Source: Eledone cirrhosa (Eukaryota). From it: DNA of 64,000 nucleotides. Every line of letters starts with the position of its first letter. The stretch's first letter is position 1. The stretch spans positions 18,662,001 through 18,726,000 of the forward strand of contig OZ024759.1 of assembly GCA_964016885.1 (NCBI GenBank), in the 5' to 3' direction. The translations under genes and the position numbers were made by a program. Below are positions 13,462 through 27,679 of this stretch, piece after piece. Under the pieces are notes generated by a model. It had not been told where the DNA came from, searched no databases, and saw nothing but the letters and a program-made list of their open reading frames with translations.

Positions 13462-13492
<31 letters not shown>

Positions 13493-13543
13493 AATATATA
13501 TATATATAAATATATATATATATAAATATATATATATATAAAT

Positions 13544-13574
<31 letters not shown>

Positions 13575-13761
13575 AATATATATATATATAAATATATATA
13601 TATATAAATATATATATATATAAATATATATATATATAAATATATATATATATAAATATATATATATATAAATATATATATATATAAATATATATATATA
13701 TAAATATATAAATATATATATATATAAATATATATATATATAAATATATATATATATAAAT

Positions 13762-13794
<33 letters not shown>

Positions 13795-13797
13795 AAT

Positions 13798-13850
<53 letters not shown>

Positions 13851-13901
13851 AATATATATATATATAAATATATATATATATAAATATATATATATATAAA
13901 T

Positions 13902-13932
<31 letters not shown>

Positions 13933-13967
13933 AATATATATATATATAAATATATATATATATAAAT

Positions 13968-14000
<33 letters not shown>

Positions 14001-14051
14001 AATATATATATATATAAATATATATATATATAAATATATATATATATAAAT

Positions 14052-14084
<33 letters not shown>

Positions 14085-14103
14085 AATATATATATATATA
14101 AAT

Positions 14104-14136
<33 letters not shown>

Positions 14137-14155
14137 AATATATATATATATAAAT

Positions 14156-14186
<31 letters not shown>

Positions 14187-14189
14187 AAT

Positions 14190-14238
<49 letters not shown>

Positions 14239-14257
14239 AATATATATATATATAAAT

Positions 14258-14312
<55 letters not shown>

Positions 14313-14399
14313 AATATATATATATAAATATATATATATAAATATATATATATAAATATATATATATAAATATATATATATAAATATATATATAAATAT

Positions 14400-14798
14400 A
14401 TAAAATATTAAACAAATAATGAATAAACAATTCCTTATATTAAACAAAAAAAGTTCATTATTTAACGATCGTTTCTAGGATATATATGTGTTAGAATTGG
14501 TATGCATATTCAACAGATCTATGTACAAAATTATACAAAATTATACAAATTATCAAGATTAAATATACATACCAAACACTATATCCTAGAAACGATCGTT
14601 AAATAATGAACTTTTTTTGTTTAATATAAGGAATTGTTTATTCATTATTTGTTTAATATTTTATCTTGACTCTGTATACCGTTTATCTTTCACCGAAAGT
14701 GGTTTTTCATTACATCTCTTCTTTCCATGATATCCGGAATACATTGAGTTCTTCATACGGATTGGACACTACCGTAAACTCTTGGTAGATTTATCTAC
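14400..14798. mobile_element. Asymmetric palindromic remnant, family also at 59116 and 62539
   Basis: Arms about 14400-14510 and 14562-14664 contain the HHR 3' half GAAA-CGATCG-TT-AAATAATGA. Tail 14665-14798 ends GTAGATTTATCTACA before (TA)n. Confidence 0.8.
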
Positions 14799-14967
14799 AT
14801 ATATAAATATATATATATATAAATATAAATATATATATATAAATATAAATATATATATATAAATATAAATATATATATAAATATATATATATAAATATAT
14901 ATATATAAATATATATATATAAATATATATATATAAATATATATATATAAATATAAATATATATATA

Positions 14968-15001
<34 letters not shown>

Positions 15002-15089
15002 AATATATATATATAAATATATATATATATAAATATATATCTATAAATATATATATATATATATAAATATATAAATATATATATATATA

Positions 15090-15125
<36 letters not shown>

Positions 15126-15187
15126 AATATATAAATATATATATATATAAATATATATATAAATATATATATAAATATATATATATA

Positions 15188-15451
<264 letters not shown>

Positions 15452-15479
15452 AATATATATATATAAATATATATATATA

Positions 15480-15549
<70 letters not shown>

Positions 15550-15574
15550 AATATATATAAATATATAAATATAT

Positions 15575-15611
<37 letters not shown>

Positions 15612-15612
15612 A

Positions 15613-15649
<37 letters not shown>

Positions 15650-15650
15650 A

Positions 15651-15794
<144 letters not shown>

Positions 15795-15924
15795 ACCGCC
15801 ACCTCTACACACCTCACATCCTTTCACCTCTTGTTTTCAACTCATTGTCCTACTCATGTGTTATTTTTATTTTTATTTCTTCCCCTTCATTTTAATTTTT
15901 TTCCTGTTATTTTAATGTTTGTTC

Positions 15925-16080
15925 ACCACTCCCCCCTCACACCCTCTCGGAACTCCTCTCCTTCTCACTTTTCTCCTGATGAAGGGCTTAGGCCCAAAAC
16001 GTCGTCCCCCACCCCCACTCTCAAGCGTGAACCTAATATCTAACACCTTTCGTAACTGTACTCCTTGTTGTTGTTTCTTT

Positions 16081-16085
<5 letters not shown>
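15925..16085 (+). mobile_element. PLE-like 3' end with mutated minimal HHR
   Basis: CTGATGA(15976-15982)-A-GGGC-ttag-GCCC-aAAA-CG-TC (G of GAAA lost). Homologous to 61880-62055 on the minus strand. Ends at (TA)n. Confidence 0.7.
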
Positions 16086-16119
<34 letters not shown>

Positions 16120-16120
<1 letters not shown>

Positions 16121-16305
16121 CTGTTTCTACTTTAGGCACAAGACCAGCAATTACCCAGTGCATTACTGGTACTTTATTTTATCGACCCCGTAAGGATGAA
16201 AGGCAAAGTCAACCTCGGCGGGAGTTGAACTCAGATCGTAAAGGGACGTAACTATGCTGGAAAGCATGGCGTCCGACCCTCTACCGATACTGCCAATCCA
16301 TGCCT
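16120..16305 (-). mobile_element. Meta-core SINE (further copies at about 16660-16875 +, 18000-18165 -, 19733-19855 -, 25393-25580 +, 36010-36200 +)
   Basis: Reverse complement of the 7553-7743 family. Confidence 0.85.
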
Positions 16306-16320
16306 TATATATATATATAT

Positions 16321-16566
16321 AACGAAGGAAATGTGGTAAGGAAGCAGATGGACCATAACGCACCAAAGTACTCAATACCTAGGGTAGTAGAGTGGGTAAT
16401 AGGAACGAGTAGGACCCCGACGGCTGAGCTCAAGCCGTTTCGACGGCTAATTCTGGACTAAAAGTCCAGAATTAGCCGTCGAAACGGTTTGAGCTCAGCC
16501 GTCGGGGTCCTACAATTAGCCGTTGAAACGGCTTGAGCTCAGCCGTCGGGGTCATACTTGTTCCTA
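16321..16566. mobile_element. Asymmetric palindrome with HHR 3' half and a duplicated right arm
   Basis: Centre CTGGACT-aaa-AGTCCAG (16453-16469). Arms contain GAAA-CGGYTtGAGCTCAGCCG-TC-GGGGTC. Tail on the left (16321-16398). 16514-16566 repeats part of the right arm. Confidence 0.85.
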
Positions 16567-17107
16567 TATATATATATATATATATAGCTATTAATTATTG
16601 AGGGTGGCATTATCATGCTAAAGGAACTATTATTATTGGTGCCTGGAATTTAGGAAATTAGATTGACAGTATGGGTAGAGGGTAGGACGCCATACTTTGC
16701 AGCATAGAGTTACGGTCCTTTATGATCTGAGTTCAAATCCCGCCGAGTTAAACTTTGACTTTCATCCTTACGGGGTCGATAAAATAATGTACCAGTCACG
16801 CACTGGAGTTGATTTAATCGACTTTCCCCTCCCCCAAAATTGCTGGCTTTGTGCCTATATAAGAAACCATAATTGGTGCCTGGAATGCTGCCAGGCGATC
16901 ACAGCGCTTTACCAGCTTGGCAATATGAAAAGCGACCAGAAAATAGCATTAGCTCTCTATAATTGATTAGAAGAAGATATGAGTAACGATGGTCCTGGAG
17001 CGGTTTCAGACCTTGACGAGGATAGTTCTCTGAGTTCAAATTCTATCGAGGCCAACACAGTCTTTCATCTTTTTAAGATCAACAAATAAAGCGTGTGTCA
17101 AGCCCAA

Positions 17108-17480
17108 ATTCGATTTGATTGAACGACAGAGCAGATGTCAAAACAACACTCGATTTAATCAACCGACGGAGCAGGTATCAAACCAGCATTCAATTTGATT
17201 GAACGACAGAGCAGATGTTCAAAACACATTCGATTTAATTAACCGACGGAGCGGCTATCAAACCAGCATTCGATTTAATCAACCGACGGAGCAGGTATCA
17301 AACCAGCATTCAATTTGGTTGAATGCAGATGTCCAATCAATATTCGATTTGATCGACCGACAGAACAGATGTCCAATCAACATTCGATTTGATCGACCGA
17401 CAGAACAGATGTCCAATCAACATACGATTTAATCGACCGATAGAGCACATGTCAAACCAGCATTCGGTTTGATCCACCAA
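17108..17480. repeat. Degenerate minisatellite, about 40 bp unit, about 9 copies
   Basis: Unit CATTCGATTTGATCGACCGACAGAACAGATGTCCAATCAA and variants. Confidence 0.85.
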
Positions 17481-17870
17481 CCGAGCACGTGCTCGTCGAA
17501 ATTTCAAAAATGAGTTTTAGCGGATGATTTCATTAATAGATTTTATAATGCTGTGAATATGTTTTGAACAATCCCCAAAACACTTTCATGAGTCGTAATG
17601 AACTTGTCGAAGAATTGAAGTATCAAACTCAACAGATTTACCTCAGCATATCAATGGGCTATACAGAAAAAAAAATGTATAATATAGAGCTCATCAACAT
17701 AAATTGATGAATATATAGATAACAAAAATCCTTCCTCAATGTAGCTGTATGTATATATGGGCCCGTCACGCCTGGGAGAGTCGTAGACGTGCGGTAGTGG
17801 CATACGATATTTCTAAAGTATTTTAAACTTGGCGGAGCACATCTCTCCAGGCCTGAACACAGCAGATATC

Positions 17871-17952
<82 letters not shown>

Positions 17953-18349
17953 TGTGTGTGTGTAAGAGAGAATAGAAGTGAGAAAGAGATATAGAAGAAA
18001 AATCGACGCCAGTACTAGACTGCTATTTTCTTTATCGACCTTGAATGGATGAAAGGCAAAGTAGACTTCCCTAGCGGGATTTGAATTCACAGAGCAGAAA
18101 GCCGAAGTTAATACCTCAAAGCACGCTATCCAATGTTCTAAGGACTCTGTTAAATCGCTGACTCAATTTAACTGTACTGAAGTCCATAATCTACCAACAT
18201 ACATTTTGAGAGAAGCATGTCGATACATTAATAGCATGCGTGAATAACAATAAATCGAAAGTCAAACATACTAGAAGACAATTTATTCTACTAGAAACAT
18301 TATCTTAACTTCAGGCTAACATGAATATAAAATGATTTTGTTGCCGCAA

Positions 18350-18965
18350 GATGCTTAGAGCTGTGAGATGCGTTATACATTTCACAGGCGTAAGATATGG
18401 CATATTCCACGCTTAAATACACTTCTATGTAAAGGTTAAATATATTTAACTGCGTGATATCTTTTAGAGCTGTAAGAGATGGCATATTCCACGCTTAAAT
18501 ACACTTCTATGTAAAGGTTAAATATATTAACTGCGTGATATCTTTTAGAGTTGTAAGAAATGGCATATTCGACACTTACATACACTTCTATGTAAAGGTT
18601 AAATATATTAACTGCGTGATATCTATTAGAGCTGTAAGATATGGCATATTCGACACTTAAATACACTTCTATGTAAAGGTTAAATATATTAACTGCGTGA
18701 TATCTTTTAGAGCTGTAAGAGATGGCATATTCCACGCTTAAATACACTTCTATGTAAAGGTTAAATATATTAACTGCGTGATATCTTTTAGAGCTGTAAG
18801 AAATGGCATATTCGACACTTAAATACACTTCTATGTAAAGGTTAAATATATTAACAGCGTGGTATATCTCAAAGCTGTAAGATATGGCATATTTCATATT
18901 TAGATACACTTCTATGTAAAAGTTAAATGTCTTAACAGCGTGGTATCTCTTAGAACTGTAAGATA
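18350..18965. repeat. 81-bp tandem repeat, about 7.5 copies
   Basis: Recurring ACACTTCTATGTAAAGGTTAAATATATTAACTGCGTGATATC at 81-82 bp spacing. Confidence 0.92.
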
Positions 18966-19143
18966 TATCGTATATACGATATACATTTCTATATTTTACT
19001 ATTTTACTGTGAGGTACCGCATAGAGTTTTGAGGTGCGTCAATTTGCTGCCATGAACTTACGAAATACAATATAACGGAGAAAAAACACGATATTTATCA
19101 AAAGTGAAAACGAAATTAAGAAATATTGTTCGTTTTGTATTAA

Positions 19144-19361
19144 CACTTTAGCATTTAAACTGGCTATATGCGGCCAGAATTCTCTCGAATCTTCCTGTTC
19201 AAACCGGTCGTAACTTGCTACTTATACTGATGTTGAGGAATTGTTCTCAAAATATATAATATCAAAATCTCATAGATTCGATATTATGTGAGATATTATG
19301 AGGTAAAGCGTTTAAGACGAAAATATAATATTAAATATGGAGTAATGTAAATGCTAAAGGG
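19144..19361. mobile_element. piggyBac-like MITE (inverted diverged sister copy at about 19610-19963 with nested SINE)
   Basis: TTAA flanks with TIRs CACTTTAGCATTTA / TAAATGCTAAAGGG. The SINE in the sister copy has a 14-bp TSD AACAATAACTTAAT (19723-19736, 19860-19873). Confidence 0.75.
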
Positions 19362-20518
19362 TTAATTCACATACCCCATATATTATCATGTGTATTCATT
19401 TTGATAGAAAACTAAATAAATAGTAGCCTATCAACTGTATTGCATTATAAATTATGAAAATCACGCCTTCCCCTTCAGCTTACTTTTGGTCGAATTTATT
19501 TCTCCCCAAGGACGTGAAGTTCTTTTGATTTCTTTAGTTTGAGACCCCTGGGTTAGCGTACACGACACGTAAAATGTGTCATATCACACACTCACGCTTG
19601 CCAAGTTATCCCCTTATCATTTACATTACTCTATATATACTACTGTATTTTGTGGTATTTATCTTACATAATTATCTCACATAATATCGAATATATGAGA
19701 TTTCGATATGATTTATTTTGCAAACAATAACTTAATTGTTTCTACTTTTTGGCACAAGGCCAGCAATTACTCCAGTGCATTACTGGTACTTTATTTTATC
19801 GACCCCCGTAAGGATGAAAGGCAAAGTTAACCTCGGCGGGATTTGAACTCAGATTGGAGAACAATAACTTAATGTCAGCACGAGTGGTCAGTTATAGCCA
19901 GTTTGAACAGAAAGAGGTGAGAATTCTGACTGGATATGGCCGGTTTAAATGACTGGATAAGGGTTAAATATGTTCAACTTTGTCACGGAGACGAAACCTC
20001 TGAGGAGATACTAACTGTCGATTCTTTCGTTCAGTAGGCTAGTCTGTAGGAAAGCCAATGAGAAGTTCTTTGCTGTTTCTACAGCAGGTAGGCGAAGTAA
20101 TCTGTTCTATGAGACATCAAAGCTATATTCTGAATAATGAATGAAAACAAAAGCAATAAAATGGAAAACATAGTCGAGAGTAGCGGGAATAGCATTAATA
20201 CAGTATGAGATAACGTGATAAAACAACAGATATTCTACTTAGAATAACTTCGTAATTATGTTTAATCAATTCACTAATACAGGGCTAATAATAGTGAAAA
20301 TGTGCAATGAACGTTACGTTGGTTGGTTGGTTGGTTCGTGTGTGAGTCTGTCTGTTTGTTTGTTTTATCTCACTAACTAAGAAATATATCTATTGTGTAG
20401 ATAGATAGATGCACACACAAACAAAGCAAGAGTTATGACTTTAAGGTGTCCCCACACATAACTATACTAACAAGTCACATACAAATATCAATAAATGCAA
20501 ATAACTCACTGTGGTTGT

Positions 20519-20665
20519 GAAGAAGAAGAAGAAGAAGAAGAAGAAGAAGAAGAAGAAGAAGAAGAAGAAGAAGAAGAAGAAGAAGAAGAAGAAGAAGAAG
20601 AAGAAGAAGAAGAAGAAGAAGAAGAAGAAGAAGAAGAAGAAGAAGAAGAAGAAGAAGAAGAAGAA
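20519..20665. repeat. (GAA)n microsatellite
   Basis: Uninterrupted GAA run of about 49 units. Confidence 0.98.
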
Positions 20666-20904
20666 AAATAAAGAAAAAAAGAAAGAGAAAGGGAGAAAGA
20701 AAGAAAACCAATCAATAATGTGAACTGCTTTAATACAATATAAGCTAATTATGATCAACAGCGAAGTTTGTAAATTTAAACCAGAAACACAAATATACTT
20801 ACATGTAATTATATGGAAGAAAAAATAACGATAACAGACACAGATTAGCTATATCATTAGAGTAAATATATGCATATTTATATGCATCTATGTTTGTATG
20901 TATG

Positions 20905-20953
<49 letters not shown>

Positions 20954-21280
20954 GCATACATATGTGTATGCGTGTGTAAGTGCATACATAATCACACACA
21001 CATATATATATATATTATATGTATGTATATATATATATATGTGTATATATATATATATTATATGTATATATATATATATATATGTGTATATATATATATA
21101 TTATATGTATATATATATATATATATGTGTATATATATATATATATGTGTATATATATATATATTATATGTATATATATATATATATATATGTGTATATA
21201 TATATATATTATATGAATGTATATATATATATATATGTGTGTATATATATATATATTATATGTATATATATATATATATG

Positions 21281-21315
<35 letters not shown>

Positions 21316-21328
21316 ATATATATATATA

Positions 21329-21369
<41 letters not shown>

Positions 21370-21614
21370 ATATATATATGTGTATATATATATATATATA
21401 TATGTATGTATATATATATATATATGTGTGTATATATATATATATATGTATTATATGTATATATATATATATATGTGTATATATATATATACATATATTA
21501 TATGTATATATATATATATGTGTATATATATATATATACATATATTATATGTATATATATATTATATGTATATATATATATATACATATATTATATGTAT
21601 ATATATATTATATG

Positions 21615-21715
<101 letters not shown>

Positions 21716-22116
21716 TATATATATATATTATATGTATATATATATATTATATGTATATATATATATTATATGTATATATATATATATTATATGTATATAT
21801 ATATTATATTTATATATATATATATATATATTATATGTATATATATATATATATATATTATATGTATATATATATTATATGTATATATATATATATATAT
21901 TATACGTATGTATATTTATATATACATATAATATATATATATGTATATATATGTATATATTATATGTATGTATATTTATATATACATATAATATATATAT
22001 ATATATGTATATATATGTATATATGTATATATATATGTATATATATATATATGTATATATATATGTATATATATATGTATAAATATATATATATATATAT
22101 ATTATATGTATGCATA

Positions 22117-22161
<45 letters not shown>

Positions 22162-22784
22162 TGTATATATATATGTATATATATATATATATATTATATG
22201 TATATATATATATATATATACATGTATATATATACATATAATATATATATATATACATATATATATATACAAAAATATACACGCGTATATATGTATGTAA
22301 ATTAGCAAATAGGACCGTCAAATACATAAATCTGAACGAATATATTTATATATGTGTGTGTATGTCTGAAAGAGAGAGAGAGGGGGTGGTAGTGTGACCG
22401 TGTGAGAGAGAATGAGACAAAGGGAGGAAACAAGAACGAAAGAGAGATGAAAGCTAGGCTTACGGGTGTATTTTCCTCTTTTTATTTAGTAAACACATAT
22501 TTTAACATCACTGAAAAGTAGTTACAGTATGTATATAGTTTCTCTTCGTGTGACCAGAATAAGGAGATCGATATGCAAATTAGAACAAATCAATTCTATC
22601 CTATCAGTTTTTGTGTATGCTATAAATTATTATACGCTACAATTAATTCATTTCGTCAGAAAAATGCATAATAGATCTTCGATGAAGCCGTAAAAAACAT
22701 TGACGGAAATATAGCTCTCTGTCCAATGATTTGCAGTCACTCTCTCTATGTAAGTATGTATGGACCTGTAAGTACTGGTGTAGT

Positions 22785-24842
22785 TGTAGGGAGACTGTAG
22801 TGGCATGAGCTATTTTGGAGGCACATTACATCTGGCAGGGGAGTCCATCCACTCCTTCCCTCTCCAGATCTGGTAGGGAAACTGTAGTGACATGAGCTAT
22901 TTTGGAGGCACATTACATTACATCTGGCAGAGGAGTCCATCCCTTCCTTCCCTCTCCAGATCTGGTAGGGAAACTGTAGTGACATGAGCTATTTTGGAGG
23001 CACATTACATCTGGCAGGAGAGTCCATCCCTTGCCTCTCCAGATCTGGTAGGGAAACTGTAGTGGCATGAGCTATTTTGGAGGCACATTACATCTGGCAG
23101 GGGAGTCCATTCCTTCCCTCTCCAGATCTGGTAGGGAAACTGTAGTGGCATGAGCTATTTTGGAGGCACATTACATTACATCTGGCAGAGGAGTCCATCC
23201 CTTCCTTCCCTCTCCAGATCTGGTAGGGAAACTGTAGTGACATGAGCTATTTTGGAGGCACATTACATCTGGCAGGAGAGTCCATCCCTTGCCTCTCCAG
23301 ATCTGGTAGGGAAACTGTAGTGGCATGAGCTATTTTGGAGGCACATTACATCTGGCAGGGGAGTCCATTCCTTCCCTCTCCAGATCTGGTAGGGAAACTG
23401 TAGTGGCATGAGCTATTTTGGAGGCACATTACATTACATCTGGCAGAGGAGTCCATCCCTTCCTTCCCTCTCCAGATCTGGTAGGGAAACTGTAGTGACA
23501 TGAGCTATTTTGGAGGCACATTACATCTGGCAGGAGAGTCCATCCCTTGCCTCTCCAGATCTGGTAGGGAAACTGTAGTGGCATGAGCTATTTTGGAGGC
23601 ACATTACATCTGGCAGGGGAGTCCATTCCTTCCCTCTCCAGATCTGGTAGGGAAACTGTAGTGACATGAGCTATTTTGGAGGCACATTACATTACATCTG
23701 GCAGAGGAGTCCATCCCTTCCTTCCCTCTCCAGATCTGGTAGGGAAACTGTAGTGACATGAGCTATTTTGGAGGCACATTACATGACATTTGGCAGGAGA
23801 GTCCATCCTTTGCCTCTCCAGATCTGGTAGGGAAACTGTAGTGGCATGAGCTATTTTGGAGGCACATTACATCTGGCAGGGGAGTCCATCCTTTCCCTCT
23901 CCAGATCTGGGAGGGAAACTGTAGTGACATGAGCTATTTTGGAGGCACATTACATGACATTTGGCAGGAGAGTCCATCCCTTGCCTCTCCAGATCTGGTA
24001 GGGAAACTGTAGTGACATGAGCTATTTTGGAGGCACATTACATTACATCTGGCAGGGGAGTTTATCCCTTCCCTCTCCAGATCTGGTAGGGAAACTGTAG
24101 TGGCATGAGCTATTTTGGAGGCACATTACATCTGGCAGGAGAGTCCATCCCTTGCCTCTCCAGATCTGGTAGGGAAACTGTAGTGGCATGAGCTATTTTG
24201 GAGGCACATTACATCTGGCAGGGGAGTCCATTCCTTCCCTCTCCAGATCTGGTAGGAAAACTGTAGTGGCATGAGCTATTTTGGAGGCACATTACATCTG
24301 GCAGAGAAGTCCATCCCTTCCTTCCCTCTCCAGATCTGGTAGGGAAACTGTAGTGGTATGAGCTATTTTGGAGGCACGTTACATCTGGCAGGGGAGTCCA
24401 TTCCTTTCCTCTCCAGATCTGGTAGGTAAACCTGTAGTGACATGAGCTATTTTGGAGGCACATTACATCTGGCAGGGGAGTCCATCCCTTCCTTACCTCT
24501 CCAGATCTGGTAGGGAAACTGTAGTGGCATGAACTATTTTGGAGGCACATTACATCTGGCAGGGGAGTCCATCCATTCCCTCTCCAGATCTGGTAGGGAA
24601 ACTGTAGTGACATGAGCTATTTTGGAGGCACATTACATCTGGCAGGGGAGTCCATCCCTTCCCTAGCCAGATCTGGTAGGGAAACTGTAGTGACATGAGC
24701 TATTTTGGAGGCACATTACATCTGGCAGGGGAGTCCATCCCTTCCCTCTCCAGATCTGGTAGGGAAACTTTAGTGACATGAGCTATTTTGGAGGCACATT
24801 ACATCTGGCAGAGGAGTCCATTCCTTCCCTCTCCAGATCTGA
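22785..24842. repeat. 83-92 bp satellite, about 24 copies, with 258-bp higher-order trimer
   Basis: TAGGGAAACTGTAGT starts at 22874, 22966, 23049, 23132, 23224 and onward, giving periods 92/83/83. The trimer recurs at 22874, 23132, 23390, 23648. Confidence 0.95.
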
Positions 24843-24960
24843 ACTCAGAGGTTCACTTCCAGAGAGAGAGAGAGTTTGTTTTGGGGGCACTTTAAATTTG
24901 GCAGAGGAACTCATCTGTTCCCTCACCAGGTCTGAACGCAGCCGTTTTCTTCCAGAGAGA

Positions 24961-25026
<66 letters not shown>

Positions 25027-25170
25027 GTGGAAGAGAGAGAAATAGAAAGTTGAGAGGAAAGAGAAAGAGAAAACGAGGGCGGAGGGGAGGAGAGTAAGAG
25101 AAAACGAGAGAAAAGGAGAGTGAGAGAAAGGGAGAGGTAGAGATAGCGAGAGAGAAAGGAAGAGAGATGA

Positions 25171-25226
<56 letters not shown>

Positions 25227-26682
25227 TGTGTATGGTAGAAGGAAATTGAAATCAATACAGAGAAAGAAACAATCCTAGAACTTATTTGGTATTTTATCGA
25301 ACTCGAAAGAATAAAAGCTAAATTAACCCGGTGGTATTTTAAGTTAGGGCGCAGAGACCTGGCACGAATACCGCAAAACATTATTTCCGACATGGATTGG
25401 CAGTATCGGTAGAGGGTCGGACGCCATGCTTTGACGCATTGAGTTACGGCCCTTGCCATTCTGAGTTCAAATCCCGCCGAGGTTAACTTTGCCTTTCATC
25501 CTTACGGGGTCGATAAGATAAAGTACCAGTAATGCACTGGGTACTTGCGGGCCTTGTGCCTAAAGTAGGATCAATTATTTCCGACATTCAAACGACTTTC
25601 TCAATTTGCCACTTTCTTAGCCATCGGCTTGTCTTTAATTGATCAAGGACTGTCATTTGCATTCTATTGTATAACTCCCGTGTAATGCCCCTTGATCTCT
25701 AAGGTCATCTGCATATGCAGCTGGTCATGGCGTCTTAACCTTTGCCTGACTTATATCGAGCAGATAGTAGTTGTCTCCCTTTCGGTTGTATATGTGCACG
25801 CGTGTGCGATAATTCGAAATGTATAACACAAGGAAATATTGTAGATGGCTGCTGTAGTTATTTCTATAGCCTGTGTGTGTATGTATGTATGTGTGTATTT
25901 ATTTTTGTATGTATGTATATACGTATGTAAGTATGTGTGTATTTATGTATGTGTATTTATATGTAAGTATGTGTGTATTTATGTATGTGTGTATTTATAT
26001 GTGTATGTGTGTGCCTATGTATGTTTGTATATATGTATGTGTGTGTATGTATGTGTGTTTGTGTGTGTAATTATGTATATATGTGTATGTGAAGGCTTAG
26101 GAGTTAGGGTGTTCGCCTCACGACCGTAAAATCGTGATTTCGATTTTCGGACCGTGAGGTGCGTTGAGTCTTTCAGCAAGACACTTTACTTCACGTAGCT
26201 CCGGTCCACTCAGTTGGCGAAAAGGAGTTGTACTTATAACTCAAGCGGCCAGTCTTGTCACACACTGTTAAGGGAGAGCACGTATGTTGAATGCTCAGCC
26301 ACTAACGTTAAATTAACTAGAGCACTCGTCGCCGAAAACGACAGAGTCCCCATGTATGAGTGCATGTGTCTAAGTGTGTAAGAGTGTATGTATGTATATA
26401 TGTATGTATGTATAGATGCACATATGCATATATGGGTATGTTGATGTATGGTTGCACGTATGTATGTATGTGTATATGTATGTACATATCTGTGGATGGA
26501 TGTATATATGTATGTATGTGTGGATGGATGATGTGTTTATGTGTATGCATTAAGGAATTGATGAATGAATGTGTGCGTACGTATATCTGGATGTGTAGAT
26601 ATATGGATGCACATATGTATATATGCAAGTATGTATGTATGTATGTATATATGTATGAGTGTGTGTAACATGTATCCCAGTA

Positions 26683-27247
26683 CAACCTGTCTCATGGTCG
26701 GGTCATTGGCGACTAAACTGGCAACCCCACCAAGGTTTCTTGGTGAGGAGGGTGACTTTGGACATCCTGCAGGACTAAAAACAAAACCTGTCAAAGGGCA
26801 AAGGAGATCTTAAGAGTCAATGGCCATCCAAAATCACCGGGAGAGATGACCCCTTAGCCTTTGTCAAGGCAGAATTCTAGGAGAAGGAAAACTCTGATAT
26901 AACACCTGCAACCCTGATGGTATCCAATGATGTTGACTTGTTCTTCTTTTTGGTAAATATCATCTTGGTTAAGAGAGTGGGACTGGCTTTGTGCAGTGCC
27001 TTTGCTCACTATAAAAGCTTCACGGCACAGGCATTGCTTTATATCTGGAGATCTCTCTGCACTTATCGTCACATGGTACCATGGGCCCAGCAATATGTGT
27101 CAATAATTGTCACAAGTGCAGTGTTTGTACCAGAGTTTTCAAGTCGCTGGCTGGACTAAAAAGTCACACTCGTTCAGCGCATCAATATGGGCTCTCCTAC
27201 ATGGATATGAAGTAGTGGCCGTACTCGAAAACGAGTTGGCAGCCACC
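26683..27247 (+). mobile_element. Non-autonomous RTE-LINE-derived element (5' UTR-like part joined to C-terminal Zn-finger and 3' end)
   Basis: Near-identical 5'-truncated copy at 50271-50680 and a diverged relative at about 47095-47365. Encodes [24 protein letters not shown] near the 3' end. Terminal stem-loop GTGGC..CTCG-aaaa-CGAG..GCCAC. Confidence 0.7.
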
Positions 27248-27679
27248 ATGAGTGTGTGTAAATGTATGTATATATGTGTGTATATGTATCTATATATGTA
27301 TCTATATATGTATATGCGTGTGTATCTTGGGGGGGGGGGGATAAATGTATGTACGTATGTCTAACTCGAATTGTATTAATGATTGTTTTAACAGAAGCAA
27401 TTCATAAATTGTTTCACACACAAAAAAAAATAATAATATATATACTTAAGATTATATTTGAATAATATTGAGAAAATAAAAGACTATAAAGAAACATATA
27501 TAGACTGTAATATCCGTAATATAAATGAAATTCTCGCCATATATCAAATAAGTATATATGTTGGTATTTGTAGAATATCAATATAGAGTATGGAAGGCAA
27601 TTTTTTTGTAATGTTGATTTATATTCGTGTATCATGAGAATTGCTGGTAGTCACAAGATACAAAACTCACCAAATACGA

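Noticed and set aside
18436-18909. 157-aa repetitive ORF
   Set aside because: An 81-bp unit is a multiple of three, so an open frame arises easily. No domain or splice evidence.
22785-24842. CRISPR-like regular repeat array (also 17108-17480, 18350-18965, 41491-41845)
   Set aside because: No unique spacers, no cas genes and a eukaryotic context. These are tandem repeats.
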